Positions 46,663-55,743 of a DNA stretch of 60,042 bases are shown in pieces. The stretch is from a virus (lineage: Duplodnaviria; Caudoviricetes). The stretch spans positions 1-60,042 of IMG/VR virus record IMGVR_UViG_3300046028_006424; one strand, written 5' to 3'. A program made the position numbers and the translations under genes. Numbering within the stretch: position 1 is the first letter of the stretch; each line of letters starts with the position of its first letter. Below the pieces are notes generated by a model. It was not told the DNA's origin, did no database searches, and saw only the letters and a program-made list of their open reading frames with translations.

Positions 46663-47532
46663 ATGCCAACGATGATTAACCGACTACGGGACCGCGCACT
46701 AGGTCTGATGGGCCTTGAGGACATCAGCCACGCCCCCGCCGCGCTCACAAATCGGATCATCGACGACTGCAACCGGGCGCATGCCAAGATCAGCGCATTC
46801 CTTGATGACACCTATCATTTCGAGGACGTGCGCGGCGTGTATGTCCAGCCGCAAGTAACGACCACCGTTGACGCGACCCGTGGCAGCCTCACGATTACCA
46901 ATCTGTCAGGATCGGCGGCATGGATGAACGGTTGCACCTGCCAAGTAGGGGATTCCACGACCCCCAACCGACTCCGCAAGAACCTTGCTTCTGGCACGTT
47001 TGAACTCGCGTTGCCCCACATGGGGACCACGGGTACGGGCGTTCAGATCAAGGTGTGGCATGACTCGGTTCAGCTTCCGACCGACGTTCTGCGGATCAAG
47101 GGACCGTTCAAGTATGATACGACGTGGATCTACCCCACCGAGGCCAACACCATCCGCCGCAACTTTGGAGATACGGCGCTGCCAGGCACGCCAACCCGGT
47201 TCGCGGAAATCACGGTACGCGGTGGCGATGCCGCCCAGTACCATGCGCTGCTGCTCGACCAGATCCCCGCTGGGAACTCGGTTATTACCTACACTGCCGT
47301 TGGCAAGATCGCCAATTTCGCAGATTTGAACGATGCACGCGAGCACACGGTGCCGTTCGACATGGAGGCTTCCATTCTCTTCCCGATTTTCAGCTTCTAC
47401 CTTGCTGGCTTCCCGCTGTTCGAAGGTTCTAAGGATGAACTCAGCCGCGATTACGAGGAAGCCCACCTTTGCCTGCAACGGCTTGGCAAACGCTCCGCTC
47501 AACCTCACCACCTCGTACGTCCAAAAAGATGA
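46663..47532 (+). CDS. Probable head-tail adaptor protein
   Basis: LRDRAL..MG...IIDDCNRA N-terminus, GTPTRF; upstream of the nozzle-like gene. Confidence 0.6.
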   Translation: MPTMINRLRDRALGLMGLEDISHAPAALTNRIIDDCNRAHAKISAFLDDTYHFEDVRGVYVQPQVTTTVDATRGSLTITNLSGSAAWMNGCTCQVGDSTTPNRLRKNLASGTFELALPHMGTTGTGVQIKVWHDSVQLPTDVLRIKGPFKYDTTWIYPTEANTIRRNFGDTALPGTPTRFAEITVRGGDAAQYHALLLDQIPAGNSVITYTAVGKIANFADLNDAREHTVPFDMEASILFPIFSFYLAGFPLFEGSKDELSRDYEEAHLCLQRLGKRSAQPHHLVRPKR

Positions 47533-47711
47533 CACCTTCCCGACAAAACACCCTCGCCCAGGCTGAGACGCACCGTGCTGCCATCGAAGGCGCACGCGGC
47601 ACCGCTCCTGCCGCGCACTCTGCCGAATACGGCGGTGGATCTCGCCAAGGGTGGCAGAATCAAGCTGTGCAGACCGCTGCGAAACAACCCCCTGCTGTCA
47701 AAAAGCCATAG
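47529..47711 (+). CDS. Small hypothetical protein
   Basis: ATGA-coupled. Confidence 0.5.
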   Translation: MTPSRQNTLAQAETHRAAIEGARGTAPAAHSAEYGGGSRQGWQNQAVQTAAKQPPAVKKP

Positions 47712-47717
47712 CCCATC

Positions 47718-50687
47718 ATGCGCGAGTTCACGACCTACCCACTTCGACGCTTCGGGACTTTGGCGAGTACCGTTGACACTGTGGACGTGGGGAACGGATC
47801 GCTTCTCACCGCCACAAATGCCATCCTCCGACCAACCGGCGCTGTCAGGGGGCCAATGTTTTACTCCCGCCTCTGGCTGCTGGGAGAAGATAAAGCGCCT
47901 GCAACGGTCACTTCGGTGGATACGGCGGCAAATACCTTTGCCAAGTCTGCCCATGGCCTCGTTCTTTACACCGTCGTGCGCCTTTCCAGTACCGGCTCAC
48001 TTCCCGCGCCGTTTCAGGCAAATACGGACTACTACGTCGCCAACATCCCGAACGCCAACGCCTTCAAGCTGTCGGCCACCCAGGACGGCAGCGTCATCGA
48101 CATGACCACGGGGGGCAGCGGGACGATTACCTATACGGCCACAATCACCATTTCGGCGCTGTACCGCAGCCTGACCTTTTCGGGGTTCGCGTCTGGTGTC
48201 GGCAACACGTCCGGCCACCGAGTCACAAACAAGTGCATCGCCGTTCGCCACTGGCGGCAGGGAAAGAACTTCGTCGCGCTCTACGACCTCGTAAACGACA
48301 AGGGGCGCGGAGTCTTCTACATGGGGGACGACGGCACGTACACGGGTTCCTATGACTTCCTCGCAGGAACCGCTCAAAGCGAGGTTCTGGCCGTGGGGCT
48401 TGATTCGGATGCCATGTGGTTCGGGGGCCGAATCGCTGGCCTCCTGATGCTGCAAAACGGCGTGGACGATCCAGTAGCCGTGCAGCTTGACCGCTCCAAG
48501 ACGCCGGGGAAGTGGCGAAAATGCGCCTCTGATGCGTTCCCGGCCAAGGCCAGCGTTGCGCTTGTCCCGCCCGCGACATCGAGCAACCGCCAGTCTGATT
48601 TGGTAATTCCAGGCGCTACCGTTTTCACTGCCGCCGACTTCTTGAACAACAAATTGCAGGTGGACGGCAAGGCTCTCGTCGATGGCCTGACCTTTACGGC
48701 AACGACAACCACGACGCTGCCGGGGGGGATGGCTGCTGCCACGACCTATTTCATTCGCGATGCGGTGTATGATCCGGTGGCAAACAGGACGATCTTCAAA
48801 ATCGCCGCTACCCTCGCCGGGTCGGTTATCCCTATCACCGATGCGGGAACAGGCGTTCACACGCTCAATTCTCGCGCTGGCGCTGGTGACTTGATTTTCA
48901 ACATTAAGGAGTCCTACAAGGTGGGCGCGAGCGGGAACACGATCTTCAAGGTGGTGATTCGCTCCACGTCCTACACCAAGGCGATTTCATCGACGCTGAC
49001 CGGTATCGGCGTTTCAGGCAATCCCTACATTTACACGATCACTTGCGGCAATGCGGCCTCATCATCGAGCACGGATGCGATTGCAAACTTCGTGTCGAAC
49101 GACGGCAAGGTGATTCCGCTGATTACCTGCTCCAAGAGCGTTTCAGACAACACGGTCAGTACCGACGAGTGCAGCCTGTTCATCCAGAACGGCACAGGAA
49201 CCGGCGTCAGCCAGGGGTTCACAAACAAGACGGTCACGGTGTACCTGCGCTACTTCGATACGGGCGCGTCTGGCTACGGCTACGAAAGCCCAAGCTCTTT
49301 GATTTCAGACTCCGGTTTCATCATTGAGACGGCAAATAATGACATCCTCGTCACGATCACGACCGACCCGACCGCCGAGGGGGGCAGGTTCGACAAGGTG
49401 CGCGTCTATCTCCAGTTCGACGAGGGCGCGGCAGCCATTTGGAGCCTCATGGGCGATGTGGACAACACCGCAGGCACCAAAACGTTGCAGATCGGCACGA
49501 ACACGCCAATCAGCCAGGCATTGAGCCAGTACGACCAGCGCCGCCCGCTGCCTCACAAAGCCATCGTCAACGCATCCTCCCGCACATGGCGCGGCGCGCA
49601 GCTTGACGAAGGATTCCGCGACCGGTTGTACATCTCCAAGCTTGCCACGACCGACGAACGCGCCCCCGAGGGTGTCGGCCTCGAAGGGTATCAAGTGGTC
49701 GATGTGCCAGACGCCACGGTGCCGATTCAGATCACGGCGCTGTACTCCGACCTTTTCCGGCTGCACATCCACTCGAACGCGGGGATTATGATCCTCGATC
49801 CGTCTAACATTGCCACGGCCCCACAAAAGCCAGCGGTGAACGTGGGGGCCATCAATCCGTCCTGCTTCGGCTACGGCCCGAACAACGCCATCTTCTACGT
49901 GGGTAAAGACATCCAGATTTACGACTTTGACGGCGCACGCTATGGCCGGCGTAACGTCAAGAGCGCCACGCGGGAGTCTGCGGCTATCCTGCGCGCCGTG
50001 GCAAATCTCGACACCGTGGGGCAGAACGGCGACGTGGTGAACTCGTTTCAAGATCAGGACTCGCTCATCTGGTGGTTCTTCCCCGACCGGAACGGCGTCA
50101 TCAAAGGGATGTGCTACGACATCGAGCAGGAGGGCGTGGTTGGTCCTTTTGATTACCCCCAGGCTGTCAGTTCGTGCGCGATGGAACCTACCCGGCCCGA
50201 GACGATCATACAGGACGTGGCAGGCAATGTTTTCCTGTACGACGTGACCGCGCAGAATGACATCGGTTCGGATCTTCCCGCCGTCTTCACCTTCTCACCT
50301 ATCTCGACCTCCATCGCGCCGACTGCTGGCAGCCTCGGATTCGGCTACGTCGATTACAACGGTGTGCGGTACCTTCGGGCGTCATGGACCGTTTTGGAGA
50401 CAGGCCACCTGGATCTTGGATCACCGTCCAAAATCAAAGCGTTCAACGGTGTAAGTTTTCGCCCGGTAAATAATTCTCGCGGGCTGATGATCGCGACTTT
50501 TACGGGCGTGACCAGCGGGCAGATTGTGACCCGCACCTTTGGAGAAATGGGGCTGTTCTCTGACGCTGGCCCAAAAAGGATTCTCCTGAATTTGTCCGAC
50601 TCCGCCGTAAAATTGAAGTTGGAGATTCTAAGCGCCGAGGCAAAACCTTGGATAATCAGGGACGCAGTTGTACTTTTCCGAGGCTAA
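47718..50687 (+). CDS. Probable tail nozzle/stabilization protein (tail tubular B / P22 gp10-like)
   Basis: 989 aa beta-rich; LLTATNAI...GAVR N-terminus, RLYISK, ITAL, VGAIN, LETGHLDLGSPSKIK. Confidence 0.65.
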   Translation: MREFTTYPLRRFGTLASTVDTVDVGNGSLLTATNAILRPTGAVRGPMFYSRLWLLGEDKAPATVTSVDTAANTFAKSAHGLVLYTVVRLSSTGSLPAPFQANTDYYVANIPNANAFKLSATQDGSVIDMTTGGSGTITYTATITISALYRSLTFSGFASGVGNTSGHRVTNKCIAVRHWRQGKNFVALYDLVNDKGRGVFYMGDDGTYTGSYDFLAGTAQSEVLAVGLDSDAMWFGGRIAGLLMLQNGVDDPVAVQLDRSKTPGKWRKCASDAFPAKASVALVPPATSSNRQSDLVIPGATVFTAADFLNNKLQVDGKALVDGLTFTATTTTTLPGGMAAATTYFIRDAVYDPVANRTIFKIAATLAGSVIPITDAGTGVHTLNSRAGAGDLIFNIKESYKVGASGNTIFKVVIRSTSYTKAISSTLTGIGVSGNPYIYTITCGNAASSSSTDAIANFVSNDGKVIPLITCSKSVSDNTVSTDECSLFIQNGTGTGVSQGFTNKTVTVYLRYFDTGASGYGYESPSSLISDSGFIIETANNDILVTITTDPTAEGGRFDKVRVYLQFDEGAAAIWSLMGDVDNTAGTKTLQIGTNTPISQALSQYDQRRPLPHKAIVNASSRTWRGAQLDEGFRDRLYISKLATTDERAPEGVGLEGYQVVDVPDATVPIQITALYSDLFRLHIHSNAGIMILDPSNIATAPQKPAVNVGAINPSCFGYGPNNAIFYVGKDIQIYDFDGARYGRRNVKSATRESAAILRAVANLDTVGQNGDVVNSFQDQDSLIWWFFPDRNGVIKGMCYDIEQEGVVGPFDYPQAVSSCAMEPTRPETIIQDVAGNVFLYDVTAQNDIGSDLPAVFTFSPISTSIAPTAGSLGFGYVDYNGVRYLRASWTVLETGHLDLGSPSKIKAFNGVSFRPVNNSRGLMIATFTGVTSGQIVTRTFGEMGLFSDAGPKRILLNLSDSAVKLKLEILSAEAKPWIIRDAVVLFRG

Positions 50688-50704
50688 TTAAACCAACATA
50701 CAAT

Positions 50705-51196
50705 ATGAAACTACCCTCTGCTATCGTTCGCGTTGCTACCCATGAGATCGGAATCGAGGAGGTAGATGGCACGAACTGCGGCCCCCGCGTGGACGACTAC
50801 AAGGCCGCAACAAACTTGCCGCCGCATGAATCCTGGCCGTGGTGCGCTGCCTTTGTGGATTTCTGCGTCAAGACGGCCATGGAGGCCACTGGCATCAAGG
50901 AAACGGCCACATTTAAGCGCCCGACTACCGCAGGCGCGTGGGATTTAGAGAATTGGAGCCGGAAGCAGGACAACACGACCAGCACGAAGAAGCCACATGA
51001 CGGTGATATTCAGGCCGGCGACCTCGTTATTTTCACATTCAGCCATGTGGGGATTGCTATCTCAGCGCCCAAAAACGGTTTTGTTGAAACCATCGAGGGG
51101 AACAGCGACCTGCAAGGCAGTAGGGAGGGCGGAGCAGTCGGCAGGCATACCCGCAAGCTGAGCCAGATTCGCGGCCGCATCCGATTCACCATTTGA
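50705..51196 (+). CDS. CHAP-domain endolysin
   Basis: NCGPRV..Y, PWCAAFV, SHVGI, TIEGNS. Confidence 0.88.
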   Translation: MKLPSAIVRVATHEIGIEEVDGTNCGPRVDDYKAATNLPPHESWPWCAAFVDFCVKTAMEATGIKETATFKRPTTAGAWDLENWSRKQDNTTSTKKPHDGDIQAGDLVIFTFSHVGIAISAPKNGFVETIEGNSDLQGSREGGAVGRHTRKLSQIRGRIRFTI

Positions 51197-51210
51197 CGCA
51201 GTGGCGGAGT

Positions 51211-51552
51211 TTATGGAGCGGCTGGCGTAGTTGGCAAAACATTCCGCAACGGATAGCTAGGCTTTGGATTTTGACGCCATGGCGTTTCTTTCCCGCAGTC
51301 CTCGCAGTAATCTCGAATGAGATCGTCAGGAATGGTCATGCGCTGCTTCCACCTGCGGTTCCCCACCCAAATAAGCACGCTCTCCATACTCTCCATGTCC
51401 AGCGCCCCCGCATCAATCGCCCGCTCAACAGTGCGCGTGGAGCACTTTGCTACGGTGGCGATGGCGAGAATACCATAGGCTGACATGGGAGCTTTCGCGC
51501 CTTTGAAGGCTTTCTGCTCGATTACTACGGTTACTTTGCGGCGGGAGGTCAT
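51211..51552 (-). CDS. Small HTH-like protein with C-terminal CxxC, paralog of 9522..9761
   Basis: 34 of 44 residues identical to the 9522 protein core. Confidence 0.75.
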   Translation of the reverse strand: MTSRRKVTVVIEQKAFKGAKAPMSAYGILAIATVAKCSTRTVERAIDAGALDMESMESVLIWVGNRRWKQRMTIPDDLIRDYCEDCGKETPWRQNPKPSYPLRNVLPTTPAAP

Positions 51553-51559
51553 AGGGGTG

Positions 51560-52165
51560 TTATTTCAAAAGTTTTGACCATCTGGCCTTGGCTGATGAGT
51601 CAGGGATAGATCCGTTTTTGTTTGAGCGATAAAGGCGAGTTGTCCCGACCCTGTTTTTGCTGCGGTCACGTACGCGAGGCTTGGAGGTGTATTCAATAGC
51701 CCATCCTGACGCTTTGTAGATCGTTCCTGTGTGAACATCAAGGTCTTGGTAGCTGATGCACTTCTCACGTTCGGGACATTCTTTTTGGAAGAAGCGGAAC
51801 ATCCATGCAATCATCCGGCTTGGGGTGTTTTTCGGAGAATCAGGGGAGCATGCCATGCGTCGAAGCTCCAACCAATGATGCGGCAGACTTCGAGTGCATG
51901 GGTTGTTCCAAAGAGCGACCGCATAAGTCACCCCATCTTTTTGAGCACGAAACGCATACTGCCAAGGGCCAGCCTGACACCCAGGCAAACGCGAATGCCA
52001 CAACTCAACCATGCTTACAGCGTGGGATTTCTCACATAGTTCAAACGTCAATTCTCTGGCATGGAGCGCGATGGTCGGAATTGAACCGCCATTTTCCAAT
52101 TGGAATAGAGGATGTGTTACCCTTACACTAATCGCGCATTTTTCGCCGTTGAAATCTTGGGCCAT
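51560..52165 (-). CDS. Mom-like GNAT-fold DNA adenine-modification enzyme
   Basis: WHSRLP, LELRRMAC..DSPKNTPSRMI, ISYQD..VHTGTIYKASGW. Confidence 0.8.
   Translation of the reverse strand: MAQDFNGEKCAISVRVTHPLFQLENGGSIPTIALHARELTFELCEKSHAVSMVELWHSRLPGCQAGPWQYAFRAQKDGVTYAVALWNNPCTRSLPHHWLELRRMACSPDSPKNTPSRMIAWMFRFFQKECPEREKCISYQDLDVHTGTIYKASGWAIEYTSKPRVRDRSKNRVGTTRLYRSNKNGSIPDSSAKARWSKLLK
52062..52137 (-). ncRNA. tRNA-Gly(UCC)-like element, non-canonical, inside the Mom-like coding sequence
   Basis: 76 nt; perfect 7-bp acceptor stem, U73, CCA; D-arm GTGT/ACAC; TCC at 34-36; T-loop TTCAATT; weak anticodon stem and bulged T-stem. Confidence 0.75.
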
Positions 52166-52195
52166 GTCGCTAACTACGCCGCACAACCCGCCAAG

Positions 52196-54544
52196 TCAAC
52201 GGTTTTTCATCCGTCCCGGCGTATTCTCGCGCCCGCCTTCAACGCGATGCCCGCCCGACTCCTGCTGAATCGCGGCGCGGAACAGCGTCGCGTGGTCATG
52301 GCAGAGCGTCGCCAACGCAGCCCCCCGCACAAGATCAATCGGTACGCCGTCGCGCCATTCGGGCAGGCCAGCGGTGGAGTTCTGTATCTCTTGGCACTGG
52401 ACGACCAGCGAAGGGCAAGCCAGCACGATTTTACCCGTCCTGATTCGGCCTTGCAGGGTGATGAGCGCGTGTTGCGCCACATCGGCGTTCCATTCCCAGC
52501 CTTCGTGCATCGTGGCTTCTTCCTGCCCAAGGGGGCGCTTCCCGGCGACCTGCTGCCGCGCCATGAGGAACGATCCCAGCTTGCGCAATTCCTGAACGCC
52601 GCCTGGGTGTGACACGACATCGACGGCGATAGGGGCGAGGCCGTAGAATGCCGATACCTGCGCAGCCCAGCGGTAGAAAAGGGAATGGTCGGGCTGCTGA
52701 ATCCATGGGGGGGCAGCCTGCAACGCCATCGGGCCGTCTGGACCGTCTGACTGCCAGACCTGCAACGAGCGCCCGATGAGCGTCACAAGGTAGCGCCTGC
52801 CCTGCCGCGGGCCGTTCCAGACTCGGAGCCAGCCGCCCGTGTCAGGAGCGTCTGTGACGTGCCGCACGGGCCTCCCTGCCCCATCGGAGCAGTTCAGGGT
52901 TACGGTGCGCGGAGGGTTGGCCGCTGCGTCGCTGCTGGCTACCGCGAGCGTGCCGGGGTCAAAGAATGGGCGAGTGGCCACGGCGTTACCGGTGCCTGGC
53001 AGGAATCCCAGCAAATCGGCCTCCCCGATGTAGCGGGCGCTGTCCGCTTCGTGACTCGTCCAATCTTTCACGACTTCATCTAGAAACCGGTTTTCGTCCT
53101 TCGGATCTGGCCGGCGTCGATATGCTTCCGCCGCTTTGATGAAGTCGGTGCATCCCCGATCAATCAGGAAGGTGTTGAACATGCTCGTCATGTGGTTCAC
53201 CCCCGGCCAAATGCTCGTTGCACGGGTGATGACCTCCAAGCGCCCGCTGCATCCCTGCTTCGCGAGTTCTTCACGGAATGCCTTCTCGAACGTCACCCCT
53301 GTTCGAGCCGTCTGCGCCCCGTCATGGGGGATGAAGTGCGTCCGGTACTTGTAGCCGCGCAGGATTAGCCCGCGCACAAGGTCGGGAAGCTCAGACCATC
53401 CGCCCGACTGGCTGGCGATGAGGTGCCGGTAGCCGCCCCGGTGCTGCACGAACTTGATCGACGTGTTATCAGGCGCTCCAAGATCCCAAAACGAATCAAC
53501 TTCGAGTTCGGGATCATGGGGAACGTTGGTGATTCGCCCCTCGTTTCGAGCCTTCGCGATGGCCTCGGCCCAAATGACTCCTTTGACGGGCGCCTCCCAG
53601 CATTCATCGAGGAAAGTTGGGTTTTCCCGCTTCATATAGATGCCCTGGGTACGGTTTTCCTGCGCCCACCAGCGTTTTTGCCCCTCGGAGAGAGTGACGC
53701 CAAACTCATGCTTGAGGCGAACGTCTGCCTTCAGGAAGTACTGGAACGAGTCGGCATCAAGCTCGGCATTCGACACGTTGCGCGGATCTTTCCACCACGG
53801 GCAGAAGCTCACATCCCAGTCGTGTGACCGCTTCTCCATGGTCGGTTCGATAATGTCCCACAACTTGCCGCCGCGTCCGCCCTTCCAAGTAGTTTCCACA
53901 AATTTGACGCCCCATCGAGCGGAGGGGAACGCCCCTGACACGATTTCATCCGCACGGGGTGAATCATCAAACTGGATGACGCCAAGCTCTGAGGCCCAAA
54001 GGAAATCGCAGGAACCGCCTCGGCCACGGGTGCCAGCGTAGAAGGTGGAAGCGCCGCCGTCGTGTGTGAACACGGTCAACTCGCTGTCATTCGACTTCCC
54101 CACCTGCAACGGCCAGACCAGCATGAGCGAGTCCAGGGCCACTTTCACGATGTCGTTCATCTTCCGCGTGGCATCCGTGGCAATTTGGTCAATCAGCGCG
54201 GCGGTGAAGTTGCGGCGGAAGCCAAGGCAGTCGGCAACAAACACGCCGATGGTGGTGGAGAAGCCGAGTCGGCGGGCCTTGAGCTTCACCCGCTGCACGA
54301 CATCCAGCCGCATTTGTGCCAGCGCCGCCTCTTCGCCCTGTTCGTGGAGGATCTTGGCATTTTGCTTTGATGCCTCCACGGCGTTTAAAAGCTCTTTCAG
54401 CAATTCGACCTGTTCAGGCCGTGGCATAAACGGCACGATGCCACGACCGTCCGCTGTTTTGATCTTGTAGATCATGCCCGACGTGAGACGCCAGACGGAA
54501 TCTGATAGGTTTGCTTCGAGGATGGCGATGTCTTCGGCTGTCAT
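52196..54544 (-). CDS. terL: Terminase large subunit with a long C-terminal extension
   Basis: LKARRLGFST, LWASE, VETT, FWDLGAPDNT, PHDG, SHEADSARY. Confidence 0.92.
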   Translation of the reverse strand: MTAEDIAILEANLSDSVWRLTSGMIYKIKTADGRGIVPFMPRPEQVELLKELLNAVEASKQNAKILHEQGEEAALAQMRLDVVQRVKLKARRLGFSTTIGVFVADCLGFRRNFTAALIDQIATDATRKMNDIVKVALDSLMLVWPLQVGKSNDSELTVFTHDGGASTFYAGTRGRGGSCDFLWASELGVIQFDDSPRADEIVSGAFPSARWGVKFVETTWKGGRGGKLWDIIEPTMEKRSHDWDVSFCPWWKDPRNVSNAELDADSFQYFLKADVRLKHEFGVTLSEGQKRWWAQENRTQGIYMKRENPTFLDECWEAPVKGVIWAEAIAKARNEGRITNVPHDPELEVDSFWDLGAPDNTSIKFVQHRGGYRHLIASQSGGWSELPDLVRGLILRGYKYRTHFIPHDGAQTARTGVTFEKAFREELAKQGCSGRLEVITRATSIWPGVNHMTSMFNTFLIDRGCTDFIKAAEAYRRRPDPKDENRFLDEVVKDWTSHEADSARYIGEADLLGFLPGTGNAVATRPFFDPGTLAVASSDAAANPPRTVTLNCSDGAGRPVRHVTDAPDTGGWLRVWNGPRQGRRYLVTLIGRSLQVWQSDGPDGPMALQAAPPWIQQPDHSLFYRWAAQVSAFYGLAPIAVDVVSHPGGVQELRKLGSFLMARQQVAGKRPLGQEEATMHEGWEWNADVAQHALITLQGRIRTGKIVLACPSLVVQCQEIQNSTAGLPEWRDGVPIDLVRGAALATLCHDHATLFRAAIQQESGGHRVEGGRENTPGRMKNR

Positions 54545-55386
54545 CGTGTGTCAGATAGAGTTGCCATTCCAAGCAGCATCATAAGGGCAGCGGGCATTTT
54601 TGTGCCTGCTTTGATGCCGACAAGCTCAGACGGTGGTTGTGGAAACTCACCAGTGAAACGCCTTTTCTTATTCGCCGCGCCGATTTTAGCTTTATGTTCA
54701 GGAGTTAGACGGCGTTTCTGCATAGCTTTCCCAATGGCTAAACGATGCGACATGCTATGCTTTTTGCCGATCTTTGCCAACCTCATGCGTTCTCTAGTCT
54801 CGGCGGAAAACACCCTGCCTTTGAGGGCGTTGGAAATGCGCAACTTCCACTCGGGGTTAAAAATCCTTCCCTTCATAGCTTTAGATATTTTTTCTTTCGC
54901 CTCTTGCGTTAAATGACTGCCTAGAAGCTTATTTGAAATCTTCAAACAGGTTTCGGCGCTTCGCTTCTTTCCTGTGTTTGCCTTCGCAAATGCAGCTTTT
55001 GCATTCGGGTGCATCGGCCTTCCTGTTTTTTTCCCGCGCCTAGACTTACTCCATGCAGCTTTGGTTTATTCTGAGTGCCTGTATCCAGAAACACCCTCGC
55101 CGCCAGATGTTGTATTCACAAGATCATGACCGCTATTACGGAATGCAATGATGGTTTCGCATTCCTCTTTGTTTCCATTTCCATCCACCTCGGCAAAGAG
55201 CGTTATTACAGGGCTGTGGCCTTCTTCTAGCATAGACCTAATCCAGTTATCGCGGTGATGCTTATGAGACCCTTTTTTTGCAGCACATAGGTGCTGCATT
55301 AATCTCAATCTAAGAGGTCGAATGGTCTTTCCTATATAGCGAGGCTGGCCCGTAAAATCACAGAGAGAATAAATCTTGGTTTTCAT
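54541..55386 (-). pseudogene. GIY-YIG/NUMOD3 homing endonuclease with an in-frame ochre stop at 55066-55068
   Basis: KIYSL..RYIGKT..RLMQH..NTTSGGEG; HSE*TK; the same frame continues through NUMOD3-like repeats. Confidence 0.85.
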
Positions 55387-55739
55387 ATCAAAATCTTCGG
55401 AGGAGTTGGGAACTCTCCTTGAAACCGGAATAAATGCAAACATCCCTTATGGATATTCACATACTCCGACTCGGGCGGGTGGAACTGAACGACGCAGTCG
55501 GTCGCGTCCCAGAACAGCCCTTTCACGATGCACATTTCCTCCCATGACGGGCATTTGGCTGGAGAGTCAGGCAAGCTGATGCTCACATGGTCCCACTGTG
55601 TTTCTGTCCCATCGTTGGCGATGATGTACAGGATTCTCCCGTTCGCTGCACGCCCAGGAATGCGAAAGACTCCATAAGGAGAGCCGGGGGCACTTTTCAT
55701 GCCAAAGTGTTGATCGCGGAATTGTTCGGGGAATTTCAT
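55383..55739 (-). CDS. Conserved phage hypothetical protein
   Basis: WDHVSIS..CPSWEEMC.VK.LFW..VVQFHPPESEYVNIH..CLHL. Confidence 0.8.
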   Translation of the reverse strand: MKFPEQFRDQHFGMKSAPGSPYGVFRIPGRAANGRILYIIANDGTETQWDHVSISLPDSPAKCPSWEEMCIVKGLFWDATDCVVQFHPPESEYVNIHKGCLHLFRFQGEFPTPPKILI

Positions 55740-55743
55740 GGTT

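Noticed and set aside
52062-52137. Calling the element a canonical translational tRNA-Gly
   Set aside because: The anticodon stem is largely unpaired and the T-stem is bulged; reported as tRNA-like instead
55066-55068. Stop-codon reassignment
   Set aside because: Single in-frame TAA; TAA, TAG and TGA all terminate genes normally elsewhere
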